Positions 8,151 to 19,163 of a DNA stretch of 56,130 nt are shown here, in pieces. Made by a program: the position numbers and the translations under genes. Within the stretch, counting starts at the first letter, position 1, and every line of letters starts with the position of its first letter. Origin of the DNA: Clostridia bacterium (GTDB taxonomy: Bacteria; Bacillota; Clostridia; UMGS1883); NCBI GenBank assembly GCA_045656865.1, contig JAZOSB010000032.1:1-56130 (forward strand), written 5' to 3'. The notes below the pieces were generated by a model. The model saw nothing but the letters and a program-made list of their open reading frames with translations. It did not search any database and was not told where the DNA came from.

Positions 8151-9197
8151 ATGAACAAGGAACTTATTCTCGCACTTGATGCACTTGAACAGGAAAAGCG
8201 CATCAAAAAGGAAGTTATGTTTGAAGCTCTTGAAGCGGCGCTTGTTACTGCTTACAAGAAAAATTTCGGTAGTGGTTACAACTGCTTTGCAGAGGTTAAC
8301 CGTGAAAACGGCGATATGCGTGTTTACTGCACAAAGACCGTTGTAGAAGAGGTTCTTGACCCCTTTACAGAAATCACACTTGAAGAAGCACAGTCAATAA
8401 ATAAGCGTTATGCTATCGGTGACAGTGTTGATTTTGAAGCAACTCCTGCCAAATTCGGCAGAATTGCAGCACAGACAGCAAAGCAGATGGTTGTACAGAA
8501 AATCCGCGAGGCAGAACGTGGAAATATGTATGATGAATACAGCGACAAGGAAAATGACGTTATGAGCGGTAAGGTTGAAAAGCTTGACCGCAGAGGAATT
8601 ATGATTGACCTCGGTACTGCGGAGGCACTTCTTGCTCCCTCCGAGCAGATTCCCGGTGAAGATTACACCCCCGGCAGAAGGCTTAAGGTATATGTATTTG
8701 AAGTTAAGAAGACCACTAAGAGCGTAAACCTTAATGTTTCAAGAACACATCCCGGTCTTGTTAAGAAGCTCTTTGAACAGGAAGTTCCCGAAATTGCAGA
8801 CGGAACAGTTCAGATTAAGAGTATCGCAAGAGAAGCAGGCAGCCGCAGTAAGCTTGCCGTATTCTCTGAGGACCCCAATGTTGACCCCGTAGGTGCTTGT
8901 GTAGGACAGAAGGGTATCCGCGTGGCAGGAATTGTTCAGGAGCTTAACGACGAAAAGATTGACGTTATCCAGTACAGTGAGGACCCTGCAGAATATATCA
9001 GCGCAGCTCTCAATCCTGCAAAGGTATTAAGCGTTGAAATCGATGAAAAGAACAAATCCGCACTTGTTATCGTTCCTGAATTCCAGCTTTCCCTTGCTAT
9101 CGGTAAGGAAGGTCAGAATGCACGTCTTGCCGCAAGACTCACAGGCTGGAAGATTGATATTAAGAGCGACAAGGACTATGAGGGGACTGAGGCGTAA
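8151..9197 (+). CDS. nusA: Transcription termination factor NusA
   Basis: FGRIAAQTAKQ, AREAGSRSK, LAIGKEGQNARLAARLTGWKIDI. Confidence 0.98.
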   Translation: MNKELILALDALEQEKRIKKEVMFEALEAALVTAYKKNFGSGYNCFAEVNRENGDMRVYCTKTVVEEVLDPFTEITLEEAQSINKRYAIGDSVDFEATPAKFGRIAAQTAKQMVVQKIREAERGNMYDEYSDKENDVMSGKVEKLDRRGIMIDLGTAEALLAPSEQIPGEDYTPGRRLKVYVFEVKKTTKSVNLNVSRTHPGLVKKLFEQEVPEIADGTVQIKSIAREAGSRSKLAVFSEDPNVDPVGACVGQKGIRVAGIVQELNDEKIDVIQYSEDPAEYISAALNPAKVLSVEIDEKNKSALVIVPEFQLSLAIGKEGQNARLAARLTGWKIDIKSDKDYEGTEA

Positions 9198-9445
9198 TGT
9201 CCACTCCACTCAGAATGTGCGTTGTATGCAGGCAAATGAAGCCGAAAGCCGAGCTTTTGAGAATTACTAAAAAAGATGGGGAATTTTCGGTGGATGTTTC
9301 GGGAAAGCTTCCCGGACGCGGTGCATACATATGCAAGGGAAATGATTGCCGTGAAAAGTTTGAAAAGCAGCGTTCGTTTGAAAGGGCTTTTAAGGGTGCG
9401 TTTCCTCAGGAAGTTAAAGAAATTATAAAAAAGGAACTGATTTAA
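9197..9445 (+). CDS. ylxR: YlxR (RnpM) family RNA-binding protein
   Basis: PLRMCVVCR, GRGAYIC; follows nusA. Confidence 0.93.
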   Translation: MSTPLRMCVVCRQMKPKAELLRITKKDGEFSVDVSGKLPGRGAYICKGNDCREKFEKQRSFERAFKGAFPQEVKEIIKKELI

Positions 9446-9756
9446 TGAACGATAGATTACTTGGTATGCTGGGTATGGCAGTCCGTGCAGGTAAAGTCAG
9501 CTTCGGTGTGTTTATGACCGAAAAAGCACTTAATGACGGGAAAGCCTACCTAGTAGTTGCCGCAGAAGATATGGGGGCAAGTAACCGCCGGAAAATAGAA
9601 GCAAAATGCAGTGAATGGAATACGGACCTTATATTTTATTCTGACAAGGAATCCCTAAGCCGTGCAATAGGTAAAAAGAATGTGCCCGTTGTGGCAGTTT
9701 GTGATGAGGGATTTAGCAAGGCTATCGTTAAAATTTACGGAGGTGTTCAGAAATGA
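9445..9756 (+). CDS. ylxQ: L7Ae/L30e-family protein YlxQ
   Basis: [20 protein letters not shown]; lies between ylxR and infB. Confidence 0.9.
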   Translation: MNDRLLGMLGMAVRAGKVSFGVFMTEKALNDGKAYLVVAAEDMGASNRRKIEAKCSEWNTDLIFYSDKESLSRAIGKKNVPVVAVCDEGFSKAIVKIYGGVQK

Positions 9757-12026
9757 TTGCAAAACAAAAAATCAGCCAGATTGCAAAAGATATAAATATC
9801 CCCGGCAAGGAAATTGTAAAAATGCTCGCTGAAGCAGTAGGAATTACAAAGAGTACTGCCGCATCTTTGGATGTAGAGGAAATGAGCCTTGTAATGGAAT
9901 ATTACACGCAGAAATTTGACGACGGCTCAACTATTGAGGAGTATGTGAACTCTCAGCATGAAAAAGCGGAAGAAGAAAGAAAGGCTAAGGAAAAGGAAAA
10001 AGCTCCTTCTTCCGAAGCTTCCGCAGAGGATGCTCCCGAGGAAGAAATTTCCACCAAAAAGACTGTTCGTTATGTTGACACAAGAACAAACGCAGTTGAC
10101 CTTGATATGCAGCTTGCAAAGGAGAAGGCAGAACAGCTTGCTCCCGAAATAAAAGATACAGAAACAAACAAACAGCGTGTTAAGAAGAACAAAAACAAGC
10201 AGCAGCCTCAGAAGAAGAATCAGCCCAAGCAGCCCGAAATCCAGAAACCCAAGAAGGAGGAAAAGCCCCAGCCTATTCATGTGGTTATTCCCGATACAAT
10301 TACTGTCGGCGACCTTGCACAGAAGCTTAAGGTTGCGGCTACCGAAATTATTAAACGCCTTATGCAGCTTGGTATTATGGCGGCTATTACTCAGGATATT
10401 GAGTATGATGTTGCCGCACTTATCGCTGAAGATATGGGTGCAGAGGTTGAGAGGGAAATCATCATTACAGCGGAGGATAAGCTCCTTAGCGACGCAGAAG
10501 CTCCCGATGAGGAAAAGGACCTTCTTCCCCGTCCTCCCGTTGTCTGCGTAATGGGACACGTTGACCATGGTAAGACAAGTCTTCTTGACGCAATCAGAAG
10601 CACAAATGTTACCGCAAGTGAAGCAGGCGGTATTACACAGCACATTGGTGCTTATATGGTAAATATCAACGGAAATCAGATTGCATTCCTTGATACACCC
10701 GGTCACGAAGCGTTCACAGCAATGCGTGCCCGCGGTGCACTTGTTACTGATATTGCTATCTTGGTTGTTGCAGCAGACGACGGTATTATGCCTCAGACAA
10801 TTGAAGCTATCAACCACGCAAAGGCTGCAGAGGTAAGCATTATCGTAGCAATCAACAAAATTGATAAAGAGGGTGCTAACCCCGACAGAGTTAAGCAGGA
10901 GCTTACAGAACACGGTCTTGTTCCCGAAGAATGGGGCGGCGATGTTATCTGTGTAGAGGTTAGTGCAAAGCAGCATAAAAACATTGATTCACTTTTGGAA
11001 ATGGTACTCCTTACCGCAGAAGTGAAGGAACTTAAGGCTAACCCCAACCGTCACGCAAGAGGTACTGTTATCGAGGCGAAGCTTGACAAGGGCCGCGGTC
11101 CCGTTGCAACAGTTCTTGTACAGAACGGTACACTCCGTCAGGGAGATATTATCGTAACAGGTACTGCAGTAGGCCGTGTAAGAGCAATGGTTGACGACAA
11201 GGGTAAGAAAATTAAGGAAGCTATCCCCTCTACACCCGTTGAAATCGTTGGTCTCAGCGAAACTCCTGACGGTGGCGACCCGTTCTATGTAGTAGAAGAC
11301 GAGCGTGCTGCACGTAACGTTGTTGAAATAAGAAAGCAGAAGATTAAGGATGAGGCTAACAAAGCAAGACAGAGAGTTAACCTTGACGACCTCTTCAGCC
11401 AGATTCAGCAGGGTGATGTTAAGGACCTTAATATCATAGTTAAAGCTGATGTTCAGGGTAGTGTTGAGGCTGTAAGACAGAGCCTTGAAAAGATTTCCAA
11501 TGAGGAAGTACGTGTTAGAGTTATCCACGGTGCAGTAGGTGCTATTACGGAAAGTGACGTAACACTTGCTTCTGCTTCCAATGCTATTATCGTAGGTTTC
11601 AATGTTCGTCCTGATGTCGGTGGCAGAAATGCGGCTGAACTTAACAAGGTAGATATGCGTATGTACAGAGTTATCTACGAAGCTATCGAAGAAATTGAAG
11701 CTGCTATGAAAGGTATGCTTGCTCCCACATTCCGCGAAGCTGTTATCGGTCACGCAGAAATCCGTCAGACATTCAAGGTGAGCGGTGTCGGTACAATCGG
11801 CGGTTGCTACGTTACAGACGGTAAAATTCAGCGTAACTGCAGCGTAAGAATCGTTCGTGACGGTATCGTTATCCACGAGGGTGAGCTTGATTCACTTAAG
11901 AGATTCAAGGATGATGTTAAGGAAGTAAATAGCGGTTACGAATGCGGTATGGGATTTGTGCGCTTTAATGACATTAAAGAGGGTGATGTAGTGGAATGTT
12001 ACATCATGGAAGAAGTTAAGCGATAA
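9753..12026 (+). CDS. infB: Translation initiation factor IF-2
   Basis: [31 protein letters not shown]. Confidence 0.99.
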   Translation: MIAKQKISQIAKDINIPGKEIVKMLAEAVGITKSTAASLDVEEMSLVMEYYTQKFDDGSTIEEYVNSQHEKAEEERKAKEKEKAPSSEASAEDAPEEEISTKKTVRYVDTRTNAVDLDMQLAKEKAEQLAPEIKDTETNKQRVKKNKNKQQPQKKNQPKQPEIQKPKKEEKPQPIHVVIPDTITVGDLAQKLKVAATEIIKRLMQLGIMAAITQDIEYDVAALIAEDMGAEVEREIIITAEDKLLSDAEAPDEEKDLLPRPPVVCVMGHVDHGKTSLLDAIRSTNVTASEAGGITQHIGAYMVNINGNQIAFLDTPGHEAFTAMRARGALVTDIAILVVAADDGIMPQTIEAINHAKAAEVSIIVAINKIDKEGANPDRVKQELTEHGLVPEEWGGDVICVEVSAKQHKNIDSLLEMVLLTAEVKELKANPNRHARGTVIEAKLDKGRGPVATVLVQNGTLRQGDIIVTGTAVGRVRAMVDDKGKKIKEAIPSTPVEIVGLSETPDGGDPFYVVEDERAARNVVEIRKQKIKDEANKARQRVNLDDLFSQIQQGDVKDLNIIVKADVQGSVEAVRQSLEKISNEEVRVRVIHGAVGAITESDVTLASASNAIIVGFNVRPDVGGRNAAELNKVDMRMYRVIYEAIEEIEAAMKGMLAPTFREAVIGHAEIRQTFKVSGVGTIGGCYVTDGKIQRNCSVRIVRDGIVIHEGELDSLKRFKDDVKEVNSGYECGMGFVRFNDIKEGDVVECYIMEEVKR

Positions 12027-12053
12027 TCGCACATTTTATTTACAAACAAAGAC

Positions 12054-12094
12054 AAAATAAGTAAATGAGGGAAAAACCTCATTTACTTATTTTT
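12054..12094 (+). terminator. Perfect 17-bp hairpin between infB and rbfA (partial terminator or processing site)
   Basis: AAAATAAGTAAATGAGG-GAAAAA-CCTCATTTACTTATTTT. Confidence 0.6.
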
Positions 12095-12111
12095 GAAAGA
12101 AGGGCTATATT

Positions 12112-12453
12112 ATGTCATTTAAAAGAACAGACCGAATAAATGAAGAAATAAAAAAGGAATTAAGCAGTATTATAAGAGAGCTTAAAGACCCCAGAATCCC
12201 CATGATGACAAGTGTCGTAAACGTAAATGTTACAAACGACCTCCGTTATGCAAAGGCGTATATTTCCGTTATGGGAACAGATGAGGAAAAAAATGACGCT
12301 ATAAAGGGGCTTAAAGCAGCGGCAGGTTTTATCCGCCGTGAGGTTGGGAGCCGTATCAAGCTCCGTGCTGTCCCCGAATTTACTTTTGAGCTTGACAGCA
12401 CCATCGAATACGGCGCACACATTAACAAGCTGTTAAACGACATCAGCAAATAA
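12112..12453 (+). CDS. rbfA: Ribosome-binding factor A
   Basis: LKDPRI, DLRYAKAY, AAGFIR, PEFTFELD. Confidence 0.97.
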   Translation: MSFKRTDRINEEIKKELSSIIRELKDPRIPMMTSVVNVNVTNDLRYAKAYISVMGTDEEKNDAIKGLKAAAGFIRREVGSRIKLRAVPEFTFELDSTIEYGAHINKLLNDISK

Positions 12454-12472
12454 ATCCGAAAGGAACTTCTCT

Positions 12473-13423
12473 ATGAAGAAAGTTATAGAACATCTGAAAA
12501 ACAGTAAATCAGTCGCTATATTCGTGCATACAAACCCCGACTGGGACTGTATAGGAAGTGCAATGGCACTAAGGTGTGCCCTCCGCAGCATAGGTATAAA
12601 ATCCGATGTTTTTACGGAAACTCCCCTCTCTAGACATCTATCCATTCTTGACACAGATGTAATTTCCTATTCCGACGGGGTAACTGCACCTGATTACGAG
12701 TGCTACTGCGCCGTTGACGTGGGCGGTATTGACAGAATAGGTCTGTGGGGAAAATTCTTTGATGAAAAGGAAAACACAGTCTGCATTGACCACCACTATC
12801 AGTCGGCTCCTTTCGGTAAAATCAGCTATGTAGAGCCGAAAAGGAGTGCCACGGGTGAGCTTATTTATGAAATGCTTGTGCTTGGCGACTTAGAAGTAAC
12901 ACAGGAAATTGCAAGCTATCTCTACTGCGCAATTTCTTCCGACACGGGGTCCTTGCAGTATGCATCGGTTAACCGCCGGACTTATGAAATTCTAATTGCA
13001 CTTACAGATACAGGGATAAATACTACCTGGCTTTGCAGTATGCTTTATGAAAGGAACACCCTGACACAACTCAAATTAAAGGCAGAGGCAATTGACTCCA
13101 TAAAGCTCTATAAAAACGGTACAATTGCCACTGCAAAGCTTACCAACGAAACAATGGTAAAATACAATGCCGACAAAACAGATGCCGACGCACTTGCCCA
13201 GCTTCCCCGAAGCATTGACGGTGTTATGATAAGTGCATTTTTAAAGGAGCTTCCCGACGGTGACATCAGGGTAAACTTACGCAGTCTGGGAGATTACAGT
13301 GTTGAACCCGTTGCGAGGATATTTGGCGGCGGCGGTCACAAAAAGGCCGCGGGCTGTACCTTTAGCGGTGTTTCCATTGAAGAAGCTGAAAGACAGCTTG
13401 TAGAAGAACTGGAGAAACTTTGA
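12473..13423 (+). CDS. nrnA: DHH/DHHA1 phosphoesterase (NrnA-like)
   Basis: HTNPDWD, IDHH, SDTG, GGGGHKKAAG. Confidence 0.9.
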   Translation: MKKVIEHLKNSKSVAIFVHTNPDWDCIGSAMALRCALRSIGIKSDVFTETPLSRHLSILDTDVISYSDGVTAPDYECYCAVDVGGIDRIGLWGKFFDEKENTVCIDHHYQSAPFGKISYVEPKRSATGELIYEMLVLGDLEVTQEIASYLYCAISSDTGSLQYASVNRRTYEILIALTDTGINTTWLCSMLYERNTLTQLKLKAEAIDSIKLYKNGTIATAKLTNETMVKYNADKTDADALAQLPRSIDGVMISAFLKELPDGDIRVNLRSLGDYSVEPVARIFGGGGHKKAAGCTFSGVSIEEAERQLVEELEKL

Positions 13424-14316
13424 TGAACGATTATTGCGGAATAATAATTTTGAATAAGCCCGTGGGAATATCCTCGCACAAATGTGTGGGAATAGTCCGC
13501 AAGGCACTTGATATGAAAAAGGTCGGTCACACAGGAACTCTCGATCCCGAGGCAAGCGGCGTTCTGCCTATCTTAGCAGGGCCTGCAACAAGGGCTTCCG
13601 ACTTTTTAACAATGGAAGATAAGCGTTACCGTGCAACAATTCTGCTCGGAACAAAGACCGATACCCTTGATATGGCAGGGGAAATCCTCGAAGAAAGGCC
13701 CGTTAACGTGACCGAGGATGAAATATATGCAGTTTTAAAGAAATTCACAGGCGACATAAAGCAGATACCCCCGATGTACAGTGCAATTCAGGTAAACGGA
13801 CAACGGCTCTACCACCTTGCAAGACAGGGTGTAGAAATTGAGCGAGAAGCACGTGATATAACGATTTTCTCAATTGAGATTGAGAAACTTGAGCTTCCCG
13901 AAATAACTGTCAATGTGCACTGCAGTAAGGGTACATATATCCGCACACTTGCTTCGGATATTGGTGAAGCCTTGGGTTGCGGTGGATGTATAAAGGCACT
14001 TAAGCGTACATCTTCGGGAGTGTTTACGCTTGACAAGGCAATTTCTCCTGAGGAGCTTATGGAACTTAGCGAAAAAGGAGAGGTTGAGAAAGCTATTCTC
14101 CCACTCGACTCCTTTTTTGAAAATTATGAGTCGATTAAGCTTGACAAAAAACGTGCCGACCGTGTAAAGAATGGTGTTTCCATTTATTACAGAGGAAAAA
14201 CAATTGGTAATTTTTACCGTGTTTATGACGAAAACGGAGTGTTTATTGCCCTCACTCAAGCGGATATTATAGACGAGCGAGAATGTCTCAGACTTATAAA
14301 GGGGTTTTATAAATGA
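13423..14316 (+). CDS. truB: tRNA pseudouridine(55) synthase
   Basis: KVGHTGTLDP, PPMYSA, CSKGTYIRTL. Confidence 0.97.
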   Translation: MNDYCGIIILNKPVGISSHKCVGIVRKALDMKKVGHTGTLDPEASGVLPILAGPATRASDFLTMEDKRYRATILLGTKTDTLDMAGEILEERPVNVTEDEIYAVLKKFTGDIKQIPPMYSAIQVNGQRLYHLARQGVEIEREARDITIFSIEIEKLELPEITVNVHCSKGTYIRTLASDIGEALGCGGCIKALKRTSSGVFTLDKAISPEELMELSEKGEVEKAILPLDSFFENYESIKLDKKRADRVKNGVSIYYRGKTIGNFYRVYDENGVFIALTQADIIDERECLRLIKGFYK

Positions 14317-15182
14317 AAAAATCTCCCTCTGCAATAGCATTGGGATTTTTTGACGGAGTGCATATTGCACATCGGAAAATTATCTCTCTTACAGTAGATT
14401 ACGCAAAAAAGAATAGCCTTTCCCCCATTGCATTAAGCTTTGACGCATCCCCTATGGAGCTCCTGTCCGATGGTAAGGTAAAATACCTTACAACAAATGA
14501 GGAGAAGAAGAACATCATTGAATCTCTGGGTGCTGACACGGAATTTCTCCCACTCAGCAAAGAGCTTCTTTCTATGGAGGCTGACGCTTTTGTAAAAGAA
14601 ATACTCGTAGATAAGTACAATGTAAAATTTGCAGTATGCGGATATAACTACCGTTTTGGAAGAAGCGGAAAAGGAGATACTAAGCTACTGCAGGAATTGG
14701 GAAAGCGGTACGGGTTTGAGGTTACGGTGTGCGACTGTGAAATTCTTCACGGTGAAAGTGTTTCCTCCAGCCGTATAAGGGAGCTTATTTCCGAGGGGAA
14801 CATAGAATCTGCAAACGAGCTTCTGGGGAGAAGCTTCTCCCTTTCAGGAATTGTATGCGAGGGAAAACAGTTGGGTAGAAAACTGGGTTTTCCAACGGCA
14901 AATGTATTTTTTAACGAAGATACCGTTATCCTTAAAAACGGTGTATATAAAACACTTGTAACGGTGGAAAATGACAGCCACACAGCTATTACCAATACCG
15001 GGATAAATCCCACAGTAGGCGGAGAAGCACTCCGCACAGAAACATATATTCCCGATTTTAACCGTAATATATACGGAAAAGAAATTAAGATTGAATTTTT
15101 AAGCTTCATTCGTGAAGAAAGAAAATTTGACAGTATAGAAGAACTGAAATCACAGATAAAACGAGATATAGACAGGATGTGA
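14313..15182 (+). CDS. ribF: Bifunctional riboflavin kinase/FAD synthetase
   Basis: LGFFDGVHIAH, SSSRIR, GRKLGFPTAN, GINPT. Confidence 0.96.
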   Translation: MKKSPSAIALGFFDGVHIAHRKIISLTVDYAKKNSLSPIALSFDASPMELLSDGKVKYLTTNEEKKNIIESLGADTEFLPLSKELLSMEADAFVKEILVDKYNVKFAVCGYNYRFGRSGKGDTKLLQELGKRYGFEVTVCDCEILHGESVSSSRIRELISEGNIESANELLGRSFSLSGIVCEGKQLGRKLGFPTANVFFNEDTVILKNGVYKTLVTVENDSHTAITNTGINPTVGGEALRTETYIPDFNRNIYGKEIKIEFLSFIREERKFDSIEELKSQIKRDIDRM

Positions 15183-15187
15183 ATTTT

Positions 15188-16030
15188 ATGAAAACAGGAC
15201 TTGTTTTAGAGGGCGGTGCAAGCCGTGGTTACTTTACCGTGGGAGCACTTGACGCTCTTATTGATATAGGCTTTAAGGCAGATTATCTTGTAGGGACATC
15301 TGCCGGAATTGCCAACGGAATTTCCTTTGTTTCAAATCAACGAGGCAGGGGTCTTAAAATCGGACTTGAATACCTTAACGACAAGCGTTATATGGGTCTG
15401 AGACATCTTATTAACCCGAAAAAACGCAGTTATTATAATGTGGATTTCGTCTTTGACGAGCTTCCAAATAAGCTTATTCCATTTGACAGCGAAGCTTACG
15501 ATAAATCAGGGTGCAAGGTTGTTGCCGCACTTACAAATCTTGAAACGGGAAAAAGTGAATACCACACCGTTACAAGTGAGGACAGAAAGTGGAAAACCGT
15601 TGTGGCAAGCTGTGCCCTCCCCATTATGTTTCAGCCCGTAAAACTAGGAAATCAGCTTTATATGGACGGTGGTATAACAGACTCTATTCCCTTTCAGAAA
15701 GCAATTGACGAGGGATGCGACAAAATTGTTGTTATTATCACCCGTGAACGCAGTTATGAAAAAGAGCCTGAGAAAGCACTTGACATAAGCGGTTTTCTTT
15801 ACAGAAAATATTCTGAATTCAGAAAAGCACTCCAAAACCGTACAGAAATGTATAACAACACTCACAACAAGCTGTTGGACCTTGAAAAAGAGGGTAAAGT
15901 TATACTGATTGCACCCGAAATTGACACCTCCGAATGGAAAAGAACTGAAAGACGACCCGAAAAAATTCAGGAAATGTACGATATCGGCTATAATACTTTG
16001 ATGAAGTACAAAGATAAAATAATGGAATAA
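15188..16030 (+). CDS. Patatin-like phospholipase
   Basis: LVLEGGASRG, GTSAG (catalytic Ser), DGG. Confidence 0.9.
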   Translation: MKTGLVLEGGASRGYFTVGALDALIDIGFKADYLVGTSAGIANGISFVSNQRGRGLKIGLEYLNDKRYMGLRHLINPKKRSYYNVDFVFDELPNKLIPFDSEAYDKSGCKVVAALTNLETGKSEYHTVTSEDRKWKTVVASCALPIMFQPVKLGNQLYMDGGITDSIPFQKAIDEGCDKIVVIITRERSYEKEPEKALDISGFLYRKYSEFRKALQNRTEMYNNTHNKLLDLEKEGKVILIAPEIDTSEWKRTERRPEKIQEMYDIGYNTLMKYKDKIME

Positions 16031-16045
16031 AAGCCTTAGTTTGAA

Positions 16046-16106
16046 AGAAAATCGTCATTATATGATCCACCTTTGTGCAGGTGCGGTCACATAATGACGA
16101 TTTTCT
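16046..16106. terminator. Long inverted repeat between convergent genes (bidirectional terminator)
   Basis: AGAAAATCGTCATTAT..ATAATGACGATTTTCT with an inner CACCT/AGGTG stem. Confidence 0.7.
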
Positions 16107-16110
16107 GTTA

Positions 16111-17751
16111 TTAATGCACGATTGTACTTCCGCCGATAAATTCGCGGATTATGGATGTCGGCGGAATTGGAGCAGGGTCAAACTCATTAAAATAAGACAA
16201 AAGCTTAATAAGTCTTCTCGCACGGCTGTAATGAGGGCTTTCGGAATTTATCCTTTCAAGAAGCTTTAGGGCAGGCTTTTTAATTACTGCCAGTTCGTAC
16301 ACAAGCGAGGAATTAAACACCTCGTCAGCTTCACTTTCAAAGGGGAATATATATTTTTGTTCTCCGCGGCGCACACTCTTCCACAGGCGGAATGTTTCCT
16401 CTGCGGGAGTATTTCTGTGCTGTGCATCACGAATCATACGCCTGAGAAGTCTGTTATCCGTGGGTGAAAACGCATTGTACTCATCAAGGCAAAGGCTTGT
16501 AAGACAGCTAAGATATATTTTATATTTGTTTTCGCGCTCTACACGGCTTGTCAGAAGCTCATTAAGGGCGTGAATACCCTCCGCAATTATAATCTGATTA
16601 TCCGAAAGGGTGAGCGTTTGCCCCTTTACCCTCTTTCTTATTTTAAAGTCGTATCGTGGAATTTCTACCGTTTCGCCTTTGGAAAGCAAAGAAAGATGCT
16701 CATTAAAAAGCTCATAATCAATGGCTTCCACACATTCAAAGTCCATCTCCCCATTTTCGTCACGGGGCATCCTCTCGTCATCCACATAATAATCATCCAG
16801 GGATATAACTACGGGGTTGATGTGATTTATTTTAAGATGGAGGCACAGCCTGTTTGCAAAGGATGTTTTTCCCGAGGATGACGGGCCTGCAATAAGAATA
16901 ACCTTGATTTCGGGACATTCCTTGATTCTGTCCGCAATACGGCTGATTCTTTTTTCGTGAAGTCCCTCCGCCATATTGATAAGCTCTGCAATACGGTTTT
17001 CCCTTATGGTTTTATTTAAGGCGAAGATATTGTCAATTCCTATCGTTGTTATCCAGTCACGGTAATCCTCGATAGCGTTATGAACCTTTATACCCTGCTT
17101 TAACTGAGGTATTGTATTAATGGTATAATCAGCAGGATATTTAAGCAAAAATCCGTCGTCAAAGGGCTGTATATCAAATACAGACAATGCACTCACACTA
17201 TAAGCAATCGGCTGATAGGTAAGGTGATACCTCTTTGCTGTTTTACATACTGTAATATACTCAGCAGGGAGAGATGCAATTTCCTCTGCCCTTTCCTCTT
17301 CTCCGCTTTCAAGGAAAAGTGTTGCCGCCTGAGAGCGGCTGAGCTTTACAGAACGAAACTGTGTATTATCTACAATTGTTTTTTGCATAGCAGATTTAAG
17401 GTCTTTTGCAAGCTCTTCTCTGTCCTTATCCGTTTTCATTTCAAAATAGGTAGATTTATTTACAGACTGCCTGACAAAGACAGCGTTTGCATCAGTCATT
17501 TCAACGGCGTGGAGAAGCACCAATATGAGGGACTCCTTGTATATCAAATATCCCTCGTCAGAGCTTATTGTAAGAGGTTCTATTACATCATTTTCTTCAA
17601 TAACATAATCTGCAGAAACAATTTTTCCGTCCACCTTGCAGGCAAGGACAGAAGATGAAAGCCCCATTTCTTCAATAAGCTTTCCCACAGTAATTCTTTT
17701 TTCTGTACTCATTTTTTCGTTTTCGTAGGTAAAGTTAATCATTATATTCAC
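16111..17751 (-). CDS. Uridine/nucleoside kinase with an N-terminal ThrRS-like (TGS/editing-like) region
   Basis: IAGPSSSGKT, SLDDYY, AEGIHALN, FNSSLVYEL, IIREFIGGS. Confidence 0.85.
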   Translation of the reverse strand: MNIMINFTYENEKMSTEKRITVGKLIEEMGLSSSVLACKVDGKIVSADYVIEENDVIEPLTISSDEGYLIYKESLILVLLHAVEMTDANAVFVRQSVNKSTYFEMKTDKDREELAKDLKSAMQKTIVDNTQFRSVKLSRSQAATLFLESGEEERAEEIASLPAEYITVCKTAKRYHLTYQPIAYSVSALSVFDIQPFDDGFLLKYPADYTINTIPQLKQGIKVHNAIEDYRDWITTIGIDNIFALNKTIRENRIAELINMAEGLHEKRISRIADRIKECPEIKVILIAGPSSSGKTSFANRLCLHLKINHINPVVISLDDYYVDDERMPRDENGEMDFECVEAIDYELFNEHLSLLSKGETVEIPRYDFKIRKRVKGQTLTLSDNQIIIAEGIHALNELLTSRVERENKYKIYLSCLTSLCLDEYNAFSPTDNRLLRRMIRDAQHRNTPAEETFRLWKSVRRGEQKYIFPFESEADEVFNSSLVYELAVIKKPALKLLERINSESPHYSRARRLIKLLSYFNEFDPAPIPPTSIIREFIGGSTIVH

Positions 17752-19163
17752 CTCAAAAATTCAAGTGCTGCTTTCTTCTTTTCTATTATTTCATCAATGC
17801 GGTTAATATAATCGGAAGCTTCCTTTGGATTAAACACTCTTTCTATTCTGTCGCCCTTTACCATCTTTGTGGAAGCACCTCCGCCCATTGCAAGGATGGT
17901 CTGTATTTCCTCCATTATGAAAATGTTATAAAGGCTTTCGTGTCCTTGTTTGGAAAAGCCCACATTTTCAAGATTTCCAAGGGTGTTTTTCTGCTTGTAA
18001 AGGTAGTATGGATTGTAGCCCTTTTCCGTAAGGTAATCATACGATAACTGCACCATAGAATCCATATCCTTTGCAAATCTCAGCTTCTCAAAATCCGAGA
18101 TAAGCCGTGCCGCCCGTTTAAGATACATTGTATGCACAGTCACCGCATGGGGTGAAAGAGCGCACACTTCTTCTACTGTTTTCTTAAAGTCATTCGTGCT
18201 TTCATCAGGAAGCCCTGCTATAAGGTCGGCATTTATGCTGAAATCATATTTTTTGGTCATTTCAAAAGCCTTTATTGTATCCTCAACGCTATGGCGTCTC
18301 CCTATCTTATCAAGGGTTTTCTGATTCATTGTCTGCGGATTTATGCTTATGCGGTTTACTCCGTTTTCCCATAGGACAGCAAGCATTTCATCAGAAAATG
18401 TATCGGGTCTGCCTGCTTCTACGGTAAATTCACGGAGATAAGTTACATCAAAACAGCTTTTGACACGCTTTATAAGTCTGTCTAAATCGTCAGGCGATAA
18501 TGTCGTCGGTGTACCGCCCCCGAAATAGATTGTTTCCGCCTTGTAGCCGAAGCTTTCAGCCATACGTGCGGTTGCCTCAATTTCTTTGAGTAGCGCTTCC
18601 ACATACGGTTTAACAAACTTCTGATTGTGCGCCACCGCCTGTGATATAAAGGAGCAGTAAGCACATCTGGTAGGGCAAAACGGCACTCCCAGATATAAGC
18701 TGACCGTGTTTTCTTCACGGTTTTTCAAAAGCTCAAATTCTGTTTTTGCGACATCAAGACTAAGACGTGCCTTTTTTGGGGTTACAAAAAATTCTTCCTC
18801 CATATAGCTAAGAATTTCTTCATCGGTTTTATTTTCGTCAAGCATCATCCGCGCCGTTTTAGCAGGGCGTATTCCCGTGGAAATACCCCACGGAGTGGGC
18901 ATATCGGAAAGCTTCTTGCAGGCAAAAAACACCGACTTTTTCACAAGGTCGCTGATTTGTCGTTTCTCGGGAGAAAAAAGCGTAGCTTTTATTTCACCCT
19001 CGGCGGATTTTTCGCCGAGGGTGACTTTAGCTTTTGCAATATATGAATTTTTATCAGTTTTCAAAACGGATTCTGCCGTAAAGTCGGAATTAAGGTCAAA
19101 AAACAGTTGCAGAATCTGTCTTACCGCATCCTCAAAGGAATGCCCGCTTGTTATAATATTCAT
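17748..19163 (-). CDS. hemZ: HemZ/HemN-like radical SAM protein
   Basis: PWGISTGIRP, PFCPTRCAYCSF, YFGGGTPT, EAGRPD, PYYLYKQK. Confidence 0.9.
   Translation of the reverse strand: MNIITSGHSFEDAVRQILQLFFDLNSDFTAESVLKTDKNSYIAKAKVTLGEKSAEGEIKATLFSPEKRQISDLVKKSVFFACKKLSDMPTPWGISTGIRPAKTARMMLDENKTDEEILSYMEEEFFVTPKKARLSLDVAKTEFELLKNREENTVSLYLGVPFCPTRCAYCSFISQAVAHNQKFVKPYVEALLKEIEATARMAESFGYKAETIYFGGGTPTTLSPDDLDRLIKRVKSCFDVTYLREFTVEAGRPDTFSDEMLAVLWENGVNRISINPQTMNQKTLDKIGRRHSVEDTIKAFEMTKKYDFSINADLIAGLPDESTNDFKKTVEEVCALSPHAVTVHTMYLKRAARLISDFEKLRFAKDMDSMVQLSYDYLTEKGYNPYYLYKQKNTLGNLENVGFSKQGHESLYNIFIMEEIQTILAMGGGASTKMVKGDRIERVFNPKEASDYINRIDEIIEKKKAALEFLR

Noticed and set aside
9927-11876. Long antisense ORFs (349 and 295 aa) opposite infB, and similar ones opposite pgi, rpsK/rpsM and map
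   Set aside because: Shadow frames caused by biased codon usage in highly expressed genes; no RBS or recognisable domains.
16111-17751. ThrRS-like/uridine kinase fusion as a novelty
   Set aside because: A known, widespread architecture in anaerobes.
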